From: an uncultured Alphaproteobacteria bacterium
Lineage (GTDB): Bacteria > Electryoneota > RPQS01
Assembly (NCBI GenBank): GCA_964530625.1
Contig: CAZHAK010000012.1
Span: 8,654 to 72,653 of the forward strand
Direction: 5' to 3'
Length of the DNA: 64,000 nt
Of this stretch, positions 51,956 through 62,428 are shown piece by piece. Below the pieces are notes generated by a model. It made no database searches, was not told the DNA's origin, and saw nothing but the letters and a program-made list of their open reading frames with translations. The position numbers and the translations under genes were made by a program. Numbering within the stretch: the first letter of the stretch is position 1; each line of letters starts with the position of its first letter.

Positions 51956-54900
51956 CTAAGTCACGAGCTCTTTCAACTCAACGTGGCCAACCAAGACTTC
52001 TACCGGGTGACCCCAATCGCGAATGCGGGGATCTCTGGTCAACAAAACTACTTGTCGCTTCGCGGCAATCTGTTCGATTAACTGCCGCGATATGTTCAGA
52101 TGATGATCATCCAATTGTGATAACACATCATCCCAGAAAATCGGAGCACGCTCCGCCACGGAAGTCGCGGAAAGCAGTCCGGCGATTAAACATAGCGCCA
52201 CAAGTTCCGAGACGCCGCGCGACTGCGATTTCAACGCTCGTCGTTGCCCATCGTCCATCACCATGATCCATTCGCTCCCACTCCACGCCACCGACGCGAA
52301 TTTTTCTCCGATTGCCTCAAACACCACGCCTTGAATTATCGCCAGCACCGACTCGCTCGCCTGATCACGCTGTTCAGCCAATTCCGTGGTCAGCACATAG
52401 CACATTGAGCGCGCCGCTTGCATGCTCTTCTCGATTTCCTCAATTTTCGCTTGCGCAGACGCACGCTCGTTCTGCAGTTGCTGATCGGACGGAAAGTTTT
52501 GAACTTGAGCCTGCAAGCCGGGCAGATCAAGCTTTCCAACCTCGTCAGAAAGTCGGTCGGCAAGCTCCAAAGAAGCGTGAGCTTGTGCCGTTAACTCCCG
52601 CATTTGTTCACGGTACTTGACCAACCCTTCTTCCCGTGAGCCGATGGTCGCAAAGAGCGGGTCCAGTTCCTGAATGCGTGCGGTAACCTGAGCCAATTCC
52701 TCTTCGATCATACTTGTTCGCGCGGACAACTCTTGCGGAGACCGCTCAGCACTGAGTTTCGCTTTAGCTTCGCGCAGTCCGGCCTGAAGTGAGTCGCTCT
52801 CTCGAATCGCGGCCAGAATTTCATTTGCTCCAAGCTTCGAAAATGCGCCGCCCACGGATTCATCCAGCGACTCCATTCCTGAAATCACGTCGCGCAATTG
52901 CTGTCGCACGGCCTCCATATCCGGAGTCTTCGCTAGTTCCGATTCGACGCGACTGATTGAAGTCGTCAATTCCTGACGGCGCTTTTTGCGCTCGTTCAGA
53001 GTTTCTATTTCATTGCGCTCAAGAGTTGCAATCTCTTCGCGTAACCGCTGAGACTCAAGTTCCATCTCCGCGCTGCGTGCATGAGTTTCGTCCTCTCTGT
53101 CAAACGAGGTCAGTGCAGCATTCGCCTTCGTCAGATTGGCCGTCAAAGTCCGATAATCGGTCACCCGTCTGCGAATGTCTTCGCGCTCGAGTTTTCGCAA
53201 TACGGCGGGCACAGGGTCATCCGCCGGAGCGTCAACTATTCTTTCGCACATATTCGCCAGAGTCTGTTTGCGTTCGGTCAACCTGACAAATTCATTCCAA
53301 CGCGCTAGCGCGGACTCACGATCAGAAAACATTGTGAACATCTGCAAATCTCTACGCAATGCTTCCCGTTCCGAAAGCGCCGACTGCTGCAGATGCTGCA
53401 ACGTCTCTATCTTGCGGACATGGTCATCCGCGTCTTCCTCGTAGTTTGGCGAAGTCAACCGGCCGATGGCATACCCGGCTCCTCCTCCAATCACCGCGCC
53501 GAAGAAACCAACGTCCCAGCCCAAAGTTAGACCACTCGGCACACCTGCCACGGCCGCACCCAGCACAGACATAATCACTTTCGTACCGGCTCCAGAGCCT
53601 TTGATCTGCAACTCGACGACTTTGCGGCGCAAGTCGGCCAACTCGGTTTCGCGAGCAGTCACCGCCTCCTGCAGGGCGAAGAGCTTTTCTATCCGCGCCG
53701 GTGTATCCGTTGAAAGTGTGAAAAATTCTGCAAACTCTTTGATCAGTCTCTCGTTAACACGCTCAAGTTCCGCTTGTTGCTTCCCCGTATCGACTTGTTG
53801 CCTGTCGTCAGAGTCGTTCTCGTCTGAGTCAATATACCGCTCGAGCGCCAGCCATTCGTCCGGACCCAGCGCGGCAAGCTCTCCATATTTTTCCGTGCGT
53901 TGCTTTTCCAAACCGTCGCGCTGTCTGAGTAAATCAATCCTCGTGCGTGATAGATCTTTTGAGATACCCTCCAATTCTGCAAGCCTCACATACAACGGTT
54001 GCGTCACCGGCCCCGGCGACTCGCTTGCGGACATCTCTGAAATTTCCTTCTGAAGTCGACTGATGGTCTCTGAGAGCTCGGCAGATTTTCCTTCGTTCGC
54101 TCTTAGCTGCGCCGCAAGAGTATTGCGCGCTTCAGATAACCTCAGATAGTCTTGTGCAAGCTGCTCCGCGTTGTCGCCCAGCTCCCGTGTGATAGAGTGT
54201 ACCGCTTCGAGCCGCTCCTGCAATTGCGCGAATTGACTCCGCGCGGATTCAACGCTGTTCCATGAACTCCGAAGTTCAGCCGCCCAAAGCTCTAAATGAA
54301 CACACCGTTCAGCCAGCTCGATCTTGCTGTCAAGATCTTTCTTCTCCTCGGACGAAACATTCGCCGCCAATTCCGCATCCGTGATCCGCTCTTGCAACTC
54401 GCCGCTCTTCTCTTCCGCGACACGTAGTTTTTCGCGCAGCGCATGGGAGTTCAATAACTGCTGCTCGATCCGCGAGACATCAGCGTGCAAGTTCAGGAGT
54501 CGCGATTGCCCATCACCTTCCGTCAATGATTTAAGTCGGCGTTGCCATACATCAAATTCTCGCTGTAGCGGCACACTAGTCATCTCCGCTGCCCAGTCCA
54601 AAAGTTCTTGCTCAGGTGCCTTCCACTCTCCGTTCAAAACAAAATTCGGCAACGCTTCAGGCATCGTTTCAACCGGCAGGAACAGATCCGTAAACGGGCT
54701 GTATTGTCCCAAACTATCCGCTTGTTCCGAATGTTGCCTTACCTGACCGCTCTCAGTATCCAATGACCACTCGCGCTTGATCGGCCCCAGCTGTCCGACC
54801 ACCGTCACGCGCAGAAGCCCCGCCTTGAACAAACTATGCCGCAAGCTCTCAGTATGGTTGGGCAATGTCGCCGCCATCACTGCCGAACACAAGAGCGTCT

Positions 54901-55057
54901 TTCCGCCGCCGTTTCCCGCAGCAAAAACATTCAGGCCATCGCCTCGTAATTTCCACGTTACCTGCTCAGCCCCAAGCAGGCTCGGCTTGCCGGACAATTG
55001 AACGAACTGGAGAGAGAAAATGGGAGGGTGTCCTGACTGTCGCGGCATTCGGTTCAC
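51956..55057 (-). CDS. 1033-aa coiled-coil AAA/ABC-type ATPase of the SbcC/Rad50/YhaN type. N-terminal P-loop GNGGGKT, C-terminal Walker B (IFWDD) and signature-like region, and a central Gly-zipper hydrophobic segment.
   Basis: Motifs seen in the translation. Long heptad-rich middle region. Confidence 0.6.
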   Translation of the reverse strand: MNRMPRQSGHPPIFSLQFVQLSGKPSLLGAEQVTWKLRGDGLNVFAAGNGGGKTLLCSAVMAATLPNHTESLRHSLFKAGLLRVTVVGQLGPIKREWSLDTESGQVRQHSEQADSLGQYSPFTDLFLPVETMPEALPNFVLNGEWKAPEQELLDWAAEMTSVPLQREFDVWQRRLKSLTEGDGQSRLLNLHADVSRIEQQLLNSHALREKLRVAEEKSGELQERITDAELAANVSSEEKKDLDSKIELAERCVHLELWAAELRSSWNSVESARSQFAQLQERLEAVHSITRELGDNAEQLAQDYLRLSEARNTLAAQLRANEGKSAELSETISRLQKEISEMSASESPGPVTQPLYVRLAELEGISKDLSRTRIDLLRQRDGLEKQRTEKYGELAALGPDEWLALERYIDSDENDSDDRQQVDTGKQQAELERVNERLIKEFAEFFTLSTDTPARIEKLFALQEAVTARETELADLRRKVVELQIKGSGAGTKVIMSVLGAAVAGVPSGLTLGWDVGFFGAVIGGGAGYAIGRLTSPNYEEDADDHVRKIETLQHLQQSALSEREALRRDLQMFTMFSDRESALARWNEFVRLTERKQTLANMCERIVDAPADDPVPAVLRKLEREDIRRRVTDYRTLTANLTKANAALTSFDREDETHARSAEMELESQRLREEIATLERNEIETLNERKKRRQELTTSISRVESELAKTPDMEAVRQQLRDVISGMESLDESVGGAFSKLGANEILAAIRESDSLQAGLREAKAKLSAERSPQELSARTSMIEEELAQVTARIQELDPLFATIGSREEGLVKYREQMRELTAQAHASLELADRLSDEVGKLDLPGLQAQVQNFPSDQQLQNERASAQAKIEEIEKSMQAARSMCYVLTTELAEQRDQASESVLAIIQGVVFEAIGEKFASVAWSGSEWIMVMDDGQRRALKSQSRGVSELVALCLIAGLLSATSVAERAPIFWDDVLSQLDDHHLNISRQLIEQIAAKRQVVLLTRDPRIRDWGHPVEVLVGHVELKELVT

Positions 55058-55345
55058 GTATGGGAGTTGCCTTGAGGGTGTGCATAACTGATATTAACTA
55101 TAGCAAGCAATATACATTTGCTCGCCCGTAAAGACAAGTATTCTAAGTATCTTCGAAACAAGTCACGACAGAAGTGTGCAAAACTTGCAAAATACGGCCA
55201 ATTGTTTTTTCACGACTTGAATGGTTCGATTGCCAAGCACCATTCCGCCTGCCTCTCTTCAGCGCAGTATCAAAATCATTCAGAATAGTAGTTAGTCTCA
55301 AGAAAATTTCGTAAAATTAGAGCGGTTCCGGCTAATGAAACCTTA

Positions 55346-56140
55346 TTGACCCATATGCGACTGGCACTGACTCTGATTCTTGGTATTTTCACATTGGGGG
55401 AGGCCGCAATCGCCGCAGACTTCGTGCGGCTGAAAAGCGGCCGCCTGATAGAGGGCGCGGTCATCCGACAAGATACAATCGCCGTCTATCTCGCCCCGTG
55501 GGATCAGCGCGCCCTCAGGCAGCCAGAGCTTCAAGTTTTCGCCCGCGACGAAGTGGAATCAATCTGGCTCGGCGGCAAACCCGCCAAAGGTGTTAGACGC
55601 AAATACACTCCGCGGCCTGGACTTGTTGAATTAGGCGGCGGATTGGGACTGCAAACATGGGCCTCCACCTTGCATCAGCGCCGACATCTTATCCAGTTTT
55701 CGACGCTGGTAGGAACTTCTATCAGTGACTATCTCGGCATGGAGTTAGTCGGTGAGATGACGGCGCCATTTGGTAAATCCGCCGATCCCGGTTTTGATTC
55801 GCTGCAATTCTCATATCAGCTTGCGCTTCACCTTGTAGGCACGCTGAAAACCAAAAGCCCGTTCACTCCGTTCGCGTATGTAGGCGCAGGAATCGGCCGC
55901 GACGTCTCGACCGCTGGCGTAACCTTGACCAAACACGCGGATGACAGGAATCTGGTGGAAGTCGGCATCGGGGCCAAACTCGGTTTCGGCGGTGTCGGGC
56001 TCCGCACAGAGATTCGCCATGCATACTATGAATGGAACAAGACTATTTACATCGGCTCGTCCAACGGGCGCGACTACTACACGACACGGCAATCCGCGGA
56101 CGCGACCAGCATGCGTGTCTCGCTGTTCACATACTTTTGA
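55346..56140 (+). CDS. Outer-membrane beta-barrel protein (signal peptide, alternating amphipathic strands, C-terminal Phe).
   Basis: LALTLILGIFTLGEAAIA signal. Ends ...LFTYF. Confidence 0.5.
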   Translation: MTHMRLALTLILGIFTLGEAAIAADFVRLKSGRLIEGAVIRQDTIAVYLAPWDQRALRQPELQVFARDEVESIWLGGKPAKGVRRKYTPRPGLVELGGGLGLQTWASTLHQRRHLIQFSTLVGTSISDYLGMELVGEMTAPFGKSADPGFDSLQFSYQLALHLVGTLKTKSPFTPFAYVGAGIGRDVSTAGVTLTKHADDRNLVEVGIGAKLGFGGVGLRTEIRHAYYEWNKTIYIGSSNGRDYYTTRQSADATSMRVSLFTYF

Positions 56141-56154
56141 TCTTGGAGATCACC

Positions 56155-59073
56155 ATGCGCCCGCAAAAGATTCTTAGCATCATATACATCGCGCTGATTT
56201 CAACGACCGCGTTCGCCGCTCAGGATTACTCCGTGGAGTTGCTGACGAAGGCTCTCGTAAAGAGCGAACAGCTTGAGTCGGGCACACTTGCCGACTGGAA
56301 GCGCGTGCGTTCAGAAGGCTTTGACGGATACGGAGTATACTGGGGAATTCCCGTCACTCTCGATGCGAAATCTTCCGGACAATCACTTGCAGAGTCCATC
56401 GCCTCAGAGCTTGACCTTGCCGATGAGTATACACTGCTTGCCTCACACGTATCTCCCACTCGCGAGTACGAGATATTCAGAGAACTCCGTAACGGACTAC
56501 CTGTGATTGGCGGCAGACTTGATATTGCCCTGAACAAAGCAGGACAGCTTACACGAGTCACTCACACGAGCTTCTCGAAGTGGAACACAAGCGGCATGCA
56601 TGCTCTGAGTCCGTTTGTCGCGGCAACGTATCTAACAGCGAACCTCGAACCAGCGAATTGGCAAGTGGTCAATGAAGAATCCTTCGCCTGCTGGTACCCG
56701 GATGCCGACGCGAGAAATTTGCGCGCAGCCTACTGGCTGAAAGTTGCAGGATCCCAGCCGCACCAAAGGTATTTTGGAATTGTAGACGCCCAGTCCGGCA
56801 AAATTTTGCTGGAATGGCCGGGCATCGCACACGAGGTGCTTACGTTGAATGTAGACCAGCCCTATTGGCAGCCCTACGATCATAGTCAGGTCTTGGAAGC
56901 GCCTTGCCAGCATCAATCAGTCAGAATAAACGGCTCAACCTTTACGACCAACGCATCCGGCGCTGTATCCGCTGAAGCCGGGTCTCAAGCGAACGTGGAC
57001 GCCTACCTGCAAGGATCATTTGTGGAAGTCGGAGAGCACGAAGAATCAAACGTCCCGTGGCAGAGCGCAACTTACTCCGCGCCCTTCGTCAACAATGAAT
57101 TTTTTTGGGATCAAGATCACACCAGCCGCCCGGCCCTTAATCTCTACTACCACACGATGTTTATTCACGACTGGTACAAGATTCTTGATCCTCCCTATGA
57201 CGCATTGGACTATCCGGTGCCCGCTGTTGCAAACTATGGCAACAGTTACGACAACGCGTTTTGGAACGGCTACGGAACTTACTACGGTTCAGGTATGACC
57301 TACGGGAATTTTGCGATGTACTCCGATGTGATCTACCACGAATACACACACGGAGTGACCGATGGAATCTATCCCGACGGTACGTTGCCCTACACGGGGC
57401 AGTCGGGCGCCATGAATGAAGCGTGGTCGGATTACTTTGCCTGCACGATCAATGGGGATCATTTAATGGGTGAGTGGCTGACGGGAAATGCCACCAGTTA
57501 TTTTCGCAATCTTCTCAGCACGACCATTTATCCACAAAATTGGGTCGGACAAGTGCATGGCGACAGCCCGTTTATCTCCGCGCCGCTGTGGACTATCCGC
57601 AATGAATTAGGCGTCGGCTACGGTGATTCCCTCGCTCACTTCGCTCGCTATGCGCTGGCGGAAACTTTCTTCGACTACTTCTTGGCTGTGCTGGAAACCG
57701 ATGACACGGACGGGAATCTCGCCAATGGCACACCGAATGACTACGTGATTTACGACGCCTTCGGCAGACACGGCATCGGACCGGGCGTAAAGCCCAATTT
57801 GGTCATTCGTAACTTTGTTATTGACGATTCGGACGGCAACGGCAACGGTTTTGCGGAAGCGGGTGAAAATGTGACCATGACGTTTTCCATTGTCAATGAC
57901 GTGACGCTCTTCCCGCCATTTGTCACGAACGCGGTGCTTCATACTGTTACGGACGACAACACAATCTCTCTCGGAGACACGGAGTTTTCGTTAGGCACGA
58001 TTGGCCCGCGCGACTCGATTCAAATCGGGCCGAACGCTGTGACCGTTTCATCAGGCGCTACGGAACATTGGGCGGTAGTTCGTCTTGACGTGACCTCAGA
58101 TCAATTTTCAGAAGAGTTCGAAACCCCGTTGGAATTCGTGATCGGTGTTCCAAAAGTGCACGTCGTCACGCGCGCGCTTGCAACGGATGTTGACCAATAT
58201 GTCACAGGCTCACTGCGTACCATGGACAAGATATTTGTGCACAAGCGTTTAAACTCATCGCAAGGCCTGGATCTGTCCGCACTGCCTGATACAGGCATGG
58301 TTGTTTGGTTGTCCGGCGACGCAACGAACTCCGGTTTGTCTGAGCAAGACATCACCACACTGACCGCTCATGTCGGCGGCGGTGGTCGCCTGGTGCTGTC
58401 CGGGAAAAATATTCTGGGTGGAATCACGGGCAGCGATTTTGCTCGCAATACTCTGGGCGTGGACGCTGTGGGCCGTTCCCGCTTGAGGATGACAACAAGA
58501 ATGAATATGCCCTTTGCCGAAGGCGACGTGTATCTATTGACAGGATCAGGCGGTGCGGCTAATCAAGATAGCATGACGATGCTGGACGTTATGACCAACT
58601 CAACTCCCGTGCTCAGGTTTGGTCCATCAGGTAATGACATTTCCGCTGTCGCCGGACCGATTGGCGGACGAACTCTCGTCTTCGGTTTTGGCATAGAAGG
58701 GATTGTCGACAATTCCCCGATCGGAAATCAATCGCGTGCTGTCTTCCTCTCGCGGCTGCTCGACTGGGCGGGCCACCCGACACCAGCCGATGATCACATA
58801 GCCCCCGTTTGGCGACCCAATGATTTCGCGCTGCAAGCAGCTTATCCGAATCCATTCAACAGCACAGTGCGACTGGATTACAACATCGGCAACGCAAAAA
58901 ACGCGCGTCTAGTCTTTTTCGATGTCTTAGGCAGAGAAGTTCATCGAGACAATTTGCCCGCTCAGTCAAACGTTTATTCGTGGCAGCCGAGCCTTGCCTC
59001 AGGCGTGTACTTCGCCATTCTGCAATCGGATTTTCAAACATCCGCGCCGCAGAAGTTAATGCTGCTTCGTTAA
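56155..59073 (+). CDS. Secreted M4 (thermolysin-like) zinc metalloprotease with a T9SS C-terminal sorting domain.
   Basis: HEYTH (HEXXH) and downstream GAMNEAWSD (Glu ligand). Signal peptide MRPQKILSIIYIALISTTAFA. C-terminal AAYPNPFNSTVRLDY...LMLLR. Confidence 0.7.
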   Translation: MRPQKILSIIYIALISTTAFAAQDYSVELLTKALVKSEQLESGTLADWKRVRSEGFDGYGVYWGIPVTLDAKSSGQSLAESIASELDLADEYTLLASHVSPTREYEIFRELRNGLPVIGGRLDIALNKAGQLTRVTHTSFSKWNTSGMHALSPFVAATYLTANLEPANWQVVNEESFACWYPDADARNLRAAYWLKVAGSQPHQRYFGIVDAQSGKILLEWPGIAHEVLTLNVDQPYWQPYDHSQVLEAPCQHQSVRINGSTFTTNASGAVSAEAGSQANVDAYLQGSFVEVGEHEESNVPWQSATYSAPFVNNEFFWDQDHTSRPALNLYYHTMFIHDWYKILDPPYDALDYPVPAVANYGNSYDNAFWNGYGTYYGSGMTYGNFAMYSDVIYHEYTHGVTDGIYPDGTLPYTGQSGAMNEAWSDYFACTINGDHLMGEWLTGNATSYFRNLLSTTIYPQNWVGQVHGDSPFISAPLWTIRNELGVGYGDSLAHFARYALAETFFDYFLAVLETDDTDGNLANGTPNDYVIYDAFGRHGIGPGVKPNLVIRNFVIDDSDGNGNGFAEAGENVTMTFSIVNDVTLFPPFVTNAVLHTVTDDNTISLGDTEFSLGTIGPRDSIQIGPNAVTVSSGATEHWAVVRLDVTSDQFSEEFETPLEFVIGVPKVHVVTRALATDVDQYVTGSLRTMDKIFVHKRLNSSQGLDLSALPDTGMVVWLSGDATNSGLSEQDITTLTAHVGGGGRLVLSGKNILGGITGSDFARNTLGVDAVGRSRLRMTTRMNMPFAEGDVYLLTGSGGAANQDSMTMLDVMTNSTPVLRFGPSGNDISAVAGPIGGRTLVFGFGIEGIVDNSPIGNQSRAVFLSRLLDWAGHPTPADDHIAPVWRPNDFALQAAYPNPFNSTVRLDYNIGNAKNARLVFFDVLGREVHRDNLPAQSNVYSWQPSLASGVYFAILQSDFQTSAPQKLMLLR

Positions 59074-59093
59074 ACTTACTTTCGATAAACAAG

Positions 59094-59130
59094 AAACGGG
59101 ACGCCAGCGCGTCCCGTTGTCATTTCTCTT
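59094..59130 (+). terminator. Hairpin (aacgggacgc...gcgtcccgtt) plus T-rich tail after the protease gene.
   Basis: Inverted repeat seen directly. Confidence 0.5.
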
Positions 59131-59135
59131 AGGCT

Positions 59136-59960
59136 CTATTTCTTCTTCTGACATCCCGGACAGTAGTAGGTCGAGCGCTGTGCTTGCACGATCTTTTTAA
59201 TCCTTTTGCCGCATCTCAAACACTCCTCATCTTCGCGATCATAGACACGGAACTCTTTCGCGTACGCGCCGTACTTTCCGTCCGGACTCATAAAGTCGCG
59301 CAAGGTCGAGCCGCCTTTCGTCAAAGCCGTCCGAAGCACCTCAGGCACAGCTTCGCACAATCGCTCACACTGCCGGACGGACAATAGTTTGGCACTCTTG
59401 CGCGGATCAATTCCACTAACCCAACAAACTTCGCTCGCATAAATATTCCCGATCCCCGCCCAGAGCGACTGATCCAACAGTACAACCTTAATCGCTTGCG
59501 TGCGAGTCGTCAACGCAGCTTTTAACTCGGAGCCGGTGATTCTTTCCTCCAATGGCTCCCATCCCAGACGGCGCAGCTCTTTAACACCCGACGCGCTCCT
59601 GTGATACCGAATCGTCCCCAGCGTCCGCACGTCACGAAAATAGAGCGATTCAGTTCTGTCATCCAAAGCGAAACCCGCTCGCAGATGCTCATGCGGAGAC
59701 TCTTCCGTTGCTGCGACATACAACCTGCCCGTCATGCGCAGATGCACCAGAAGCAATCCGCGCTCGAGTGTCAGCAAAATGTATTTACCCCGCCGCGTGA
59801 CGGACACAATATTCTGATCCTTGACGACGCGATTAAGTTCTTGAGCGGTCATCGTGCCAAGCTGACGCGGAATAGTAGCCCACGCTCCCCTTAGGACTCT
59901 GCCCACAACAGCAGGGCGAAGCTCGCGCACGACCGTTTCAACTTCAGGCAGTTCAGGCAT
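59136..59960 (-). CDS. mutM: Formamidopyrimidine-DNA glycosylase.
   Basis: N-terminal PELPEVE and C-terminal C4 zinc finger. Confidence 0.85.
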   Translation of the reverse strand: MPELPEVETVVRELRPAVVGRVLRGAWATIPRQLGTMTAQELNRVVKDQNIVSVTRRGKYILLTLERGLLLVHLRMTGRLYVAATEESPHEHLRAGFALDDRTESLYFRDVRTLGTIRYHRSASGVKELRRLGWEPLEERITGSELKAALTTRTQAIKVVLLDQSLWAGIGNIYASEVCWVSGIDPRKSAKLLSVRQCERLCEAVPEVLRTALTKGGSTLRDFMSPDGKYGAYAKEFRVYDREDEECLRCGKRIKKIVQAQRSTYYCPGCQKKK

Positions 59961-61173
59961 CAGGATGCTCTTTCAGAAAGTCTCCAACTAAGTAGAATGA
60001 TCCGCAAATCACCGAGCGTGAAGTTTCCGGCAAGGCTAAGATTTCTTCATATGCAGTAGCTCGCTCCACAACTCGCACCCGAAAGCCCAATTCCGCCCCG
60101 ATATTCGCCAACGCATCTGCGGTATATGTCCGCGGCGTCGGCGCGGACGTCACCCACAATTCATCAATGACTCCCGTCAACTGCCGAAGCGACTCGCGTG
60201 CGTCCTTGTCCTTCATCATGGCCACAAGTGCAATTCGCTTTGCAATCTTCGTTTCAAGTCGCAGCGACTCGGCAAGCGCCGCAAACGATGCCGGATTGTG
60301 ACACACGTCAAGCATGACGTTAGGATGACTCACAAGATCTTGTTGACGACCCATAACCTTAAGACCCGAAAGACTGTTCCGCACGTCATCATCCGAAAGT
60401 CCGCTGTCCAAACTCCTAACAGCAGCAACCGCCACGCTCAAATTATGGTTCTGAAATTCACCGGGCATAGGAATCATAAAATCTTCAATCAAAGCAAAGT
60501 CGCGCCCTTCAAGAAATAACTTTGCCTCTTTCCGTGCCACTGCGTGCTCGATCTCAACTGCAGCCTCTTCTGCCTGCCAAACACTGAAGCAATTCATTCC
60601 CTGTTTTATTATTCCGCTCTTGTCTGCCGCGATAGCCCCAAGCGTCTTACCCAGAATATGCGTGTGATCAAAATCAATCCTGGTTAAAATCGCCGTAGTC
60701 TTTATCAAAACGTTCGTTGCGTCAAAACTTCCCCCCAATCCCGTCTCGACGACATGCGCGGTCGTGCCGAGTCGTTGCGCGCACCACAAGTAAAAAGCGA
60801 ATATCGTTTCAAAATAAGTCAGTTTAGTTGCTGCATCGCGCACTGCAGCAATTCCTTCACACCACAATTCGTCCGGCAAATCCCTTCCGTCAAGCTGCAC
60901 TCGCTCTTTTGGCGACACCAAATGCGGACTCGTGAAAGTCAGTGCTGAGTGATTCGTCGTCAAGAGCGCCTGACACATCGCGGCCACCGATCCTTTCCCG
61001 ACGGTTCCGGCGATGTGAAGGCAATGCGAAAGTTCAAGTGGAAGTTTAAGTTGACGGGCGGCTTCAAACACCAGCTCAAGTTTAGGCCGGTCGCGGCTAC
61101 CGCCGAGCGGAAACTCGACTTCATAGTTAATCAATGAGTCGAGGTATACCAGAACCTCTTTGAAACTATTCAC
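59953..61173 (-). CDS. folC: Folylpolyglutamate synthase / dihydrofolate synthase (Mur ligase family).
   Basis: HIAGTVGKGS P-loop. 406 aa. Confidence 0.8.
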   Translation of the reverse strand: MNSFKEVLVYLDSLINYEVEFPLGGSRDRPKLELVFEAARQLKLPLELSHCLHIAGTVGKGSVAAMCQALLTTNHSALTFTSPHLVSPKERVQLDGRDLPDELWCEGIAAVRDAATKLTYFETIFAFYLWCAQRLGTTAHVVETGLGGSFDATNVLIKTTAILTRIDFDHTHILGKTLGAIAADKSGIIKQGMNCFSVWQAEEAAVEIEHAVARKEAKLFLEGRDFALIEDFMIPMPGEFQNHNLSVAVAAVRSLDSGLSDDDVRNSLSGLKVMGRQQDLVSHPNVMLDVCHNPASFAALAESLRLETKIAKRIALVAMMKDKDARESLRQLTGVIDELWVTSAPTPRTYTADALANIGAELGFRVRVVERATAYEEILALPETSRSVICGSFYLVGDFLKEHPDA

Positions 61174-61716
61174 GAAAGTAAGAGTAGAATGGGCTAAGGG
61201 AAGACGTTATCTATACAAAGATACGCAGATGCCTTCTGACGCGCAAGGTGTGTGAAGAAATACAAACGGACGGAGTAATTCCGCGTTGCGCCGGAGCAAC
61301 CTGCAAGGAATCGTGCAGAATGCACGGAGAGGAGTGAGAGGAGGCTTAAGAGCTCGTGCGTGGTTTTTTTGCCCCAGCCGTTAAGCCGGTTTCCGCAGAC
61401 GAAGTCATCCAGCCCTTTACGCTATGCCATAACATCGTAAAGAAGTTTTTACGATGGGAGCTTGTTGAATTCTCAGAGGTTTTGCCGCATGTGGACCCGT
61501 AAAAGGGCACATGATTTTGGTCCGTCCACTGATCGAATTCGGGTTGCGGTTTCATAATAAATGGGTTGTATAAAAATTCTTTTGGTTGGTCTGCTCCCCT
61601 TGCGCCGGGGCAATAGGAGCAGTATATTTACTACAGTTCGATGAAGAAGCTGCGGCCACGCGGGTGTCCGCTAGATTAGATGATTTTCTTATTATTGATA
61701 CAGCAAGGAGCAGCCG

Positions 61717-61995
61717 ATGTCCACATTTGAAGAAACTATGGAAAACAGCCGGGTCTTTCTGACTTACAGTTTGGCAATGACGATGCTCGGAAAATCCGCG
61801 CAGATTCTGGCCGAGCGCGGCGCAGATGCCAAAGCGATGAGCTTTGTGACCACGGGAATCGAGCTTCTGGCCAAGCAGCTCCGGGACTATGCGGATAGCA
61901 AGGATCTCGATGACGGTGCTGAGAAAGAACTCGACAGCCTGTGCAAGATGCTGGATATCCAGCGGGCCAACGGCGGAGCCGCTCCCTCCGCGTAA
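61717..61995 (+). CDS. Small hypothetical helical protein, 92 aa.
   Basis: AAGGAG 7 nt upstream of the ATG. Intrinsic terminator 20 nt after the stop. Confidence 0.5.
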   Translation: MSTFEETMENSRVFLTYSLAMTMLGKSAQILAERGADAKAMSFVTTGIELLAKQLRDYADSKDLDDGAEKELDSLCKMLDIQRANGGAAPSA

Positions 61996-62017
61996 TGGGC
62001 AAACCAACTTGGTGTAA

Positions 62018-62062
62018 AAGAAGCCGGTGACACTGAATGTGCACCGGCTTCTCTATTCTTAT
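62018..62062 (+). terminator. Rho-independent terminator: gaagccggtg...caccggcttc, followed by TCTATTCTTATT.
   Basis: Inverted repeat plus T-rich tail. Confidence 0.6.
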
Positions 62063-62179
62063 TGCGTTCCGTCAAGCGGGATTACGCGAAGCAAGTTCCC
62101 GCCGGAACGTCAAGCAAAATCGAAAATCTCAAGCACACGCGTCAGCTCATCCAGTCCAGCGGCACGCTGGCGCTGGTGG

Positions 62180-62428
62180 TCAATCCTTCTTCATCTTGCG
62201 CAATTTACGCTCCAGCAGAAGCAGTACCTTTTGCGCGACCTTATTGGGGGTGGTGCGGCCGTTCTCCCAGCGGTTTACCGTGGCGAACGTCACACCGATT
62301 TCGTGCGCAAAATTCTCCTGAGTCATGTTTAGGTCTTCGCGCAGTTGTTTTATCCGTGCTCCGTCGAAATCGTCCGGGTGCGGGCGTGAGGAGCGAATCA
62401 TGTTACGGGCGATGGTCGTGGCGTCCAT
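62180..62428 (-). CDS. XRE-family helix-turn-helix transcriptional regulator, 82 aa.
   Basis: LNMTQENFAHEIGVTFATVNRWENGRTTP HTH signature. Confidence 0.8.
   Translation of the reverse strand: MDATTIARNMIRSSRPHPDDFDGARIKQLREDLNMTQENFAHEIGVTFATVNRWENGRTTPNKVAQKVLLLLERKLRKMKKD

Noticed and set aside
61346-62007. Minus-strand ORFs 61346..61555 (69 aa) and 61552..62007 (151 aa).
   Set aside because: No RBS, and odd composition. The second lies antisense to the well-supported plus-strand small gene (good RBS and terminator).
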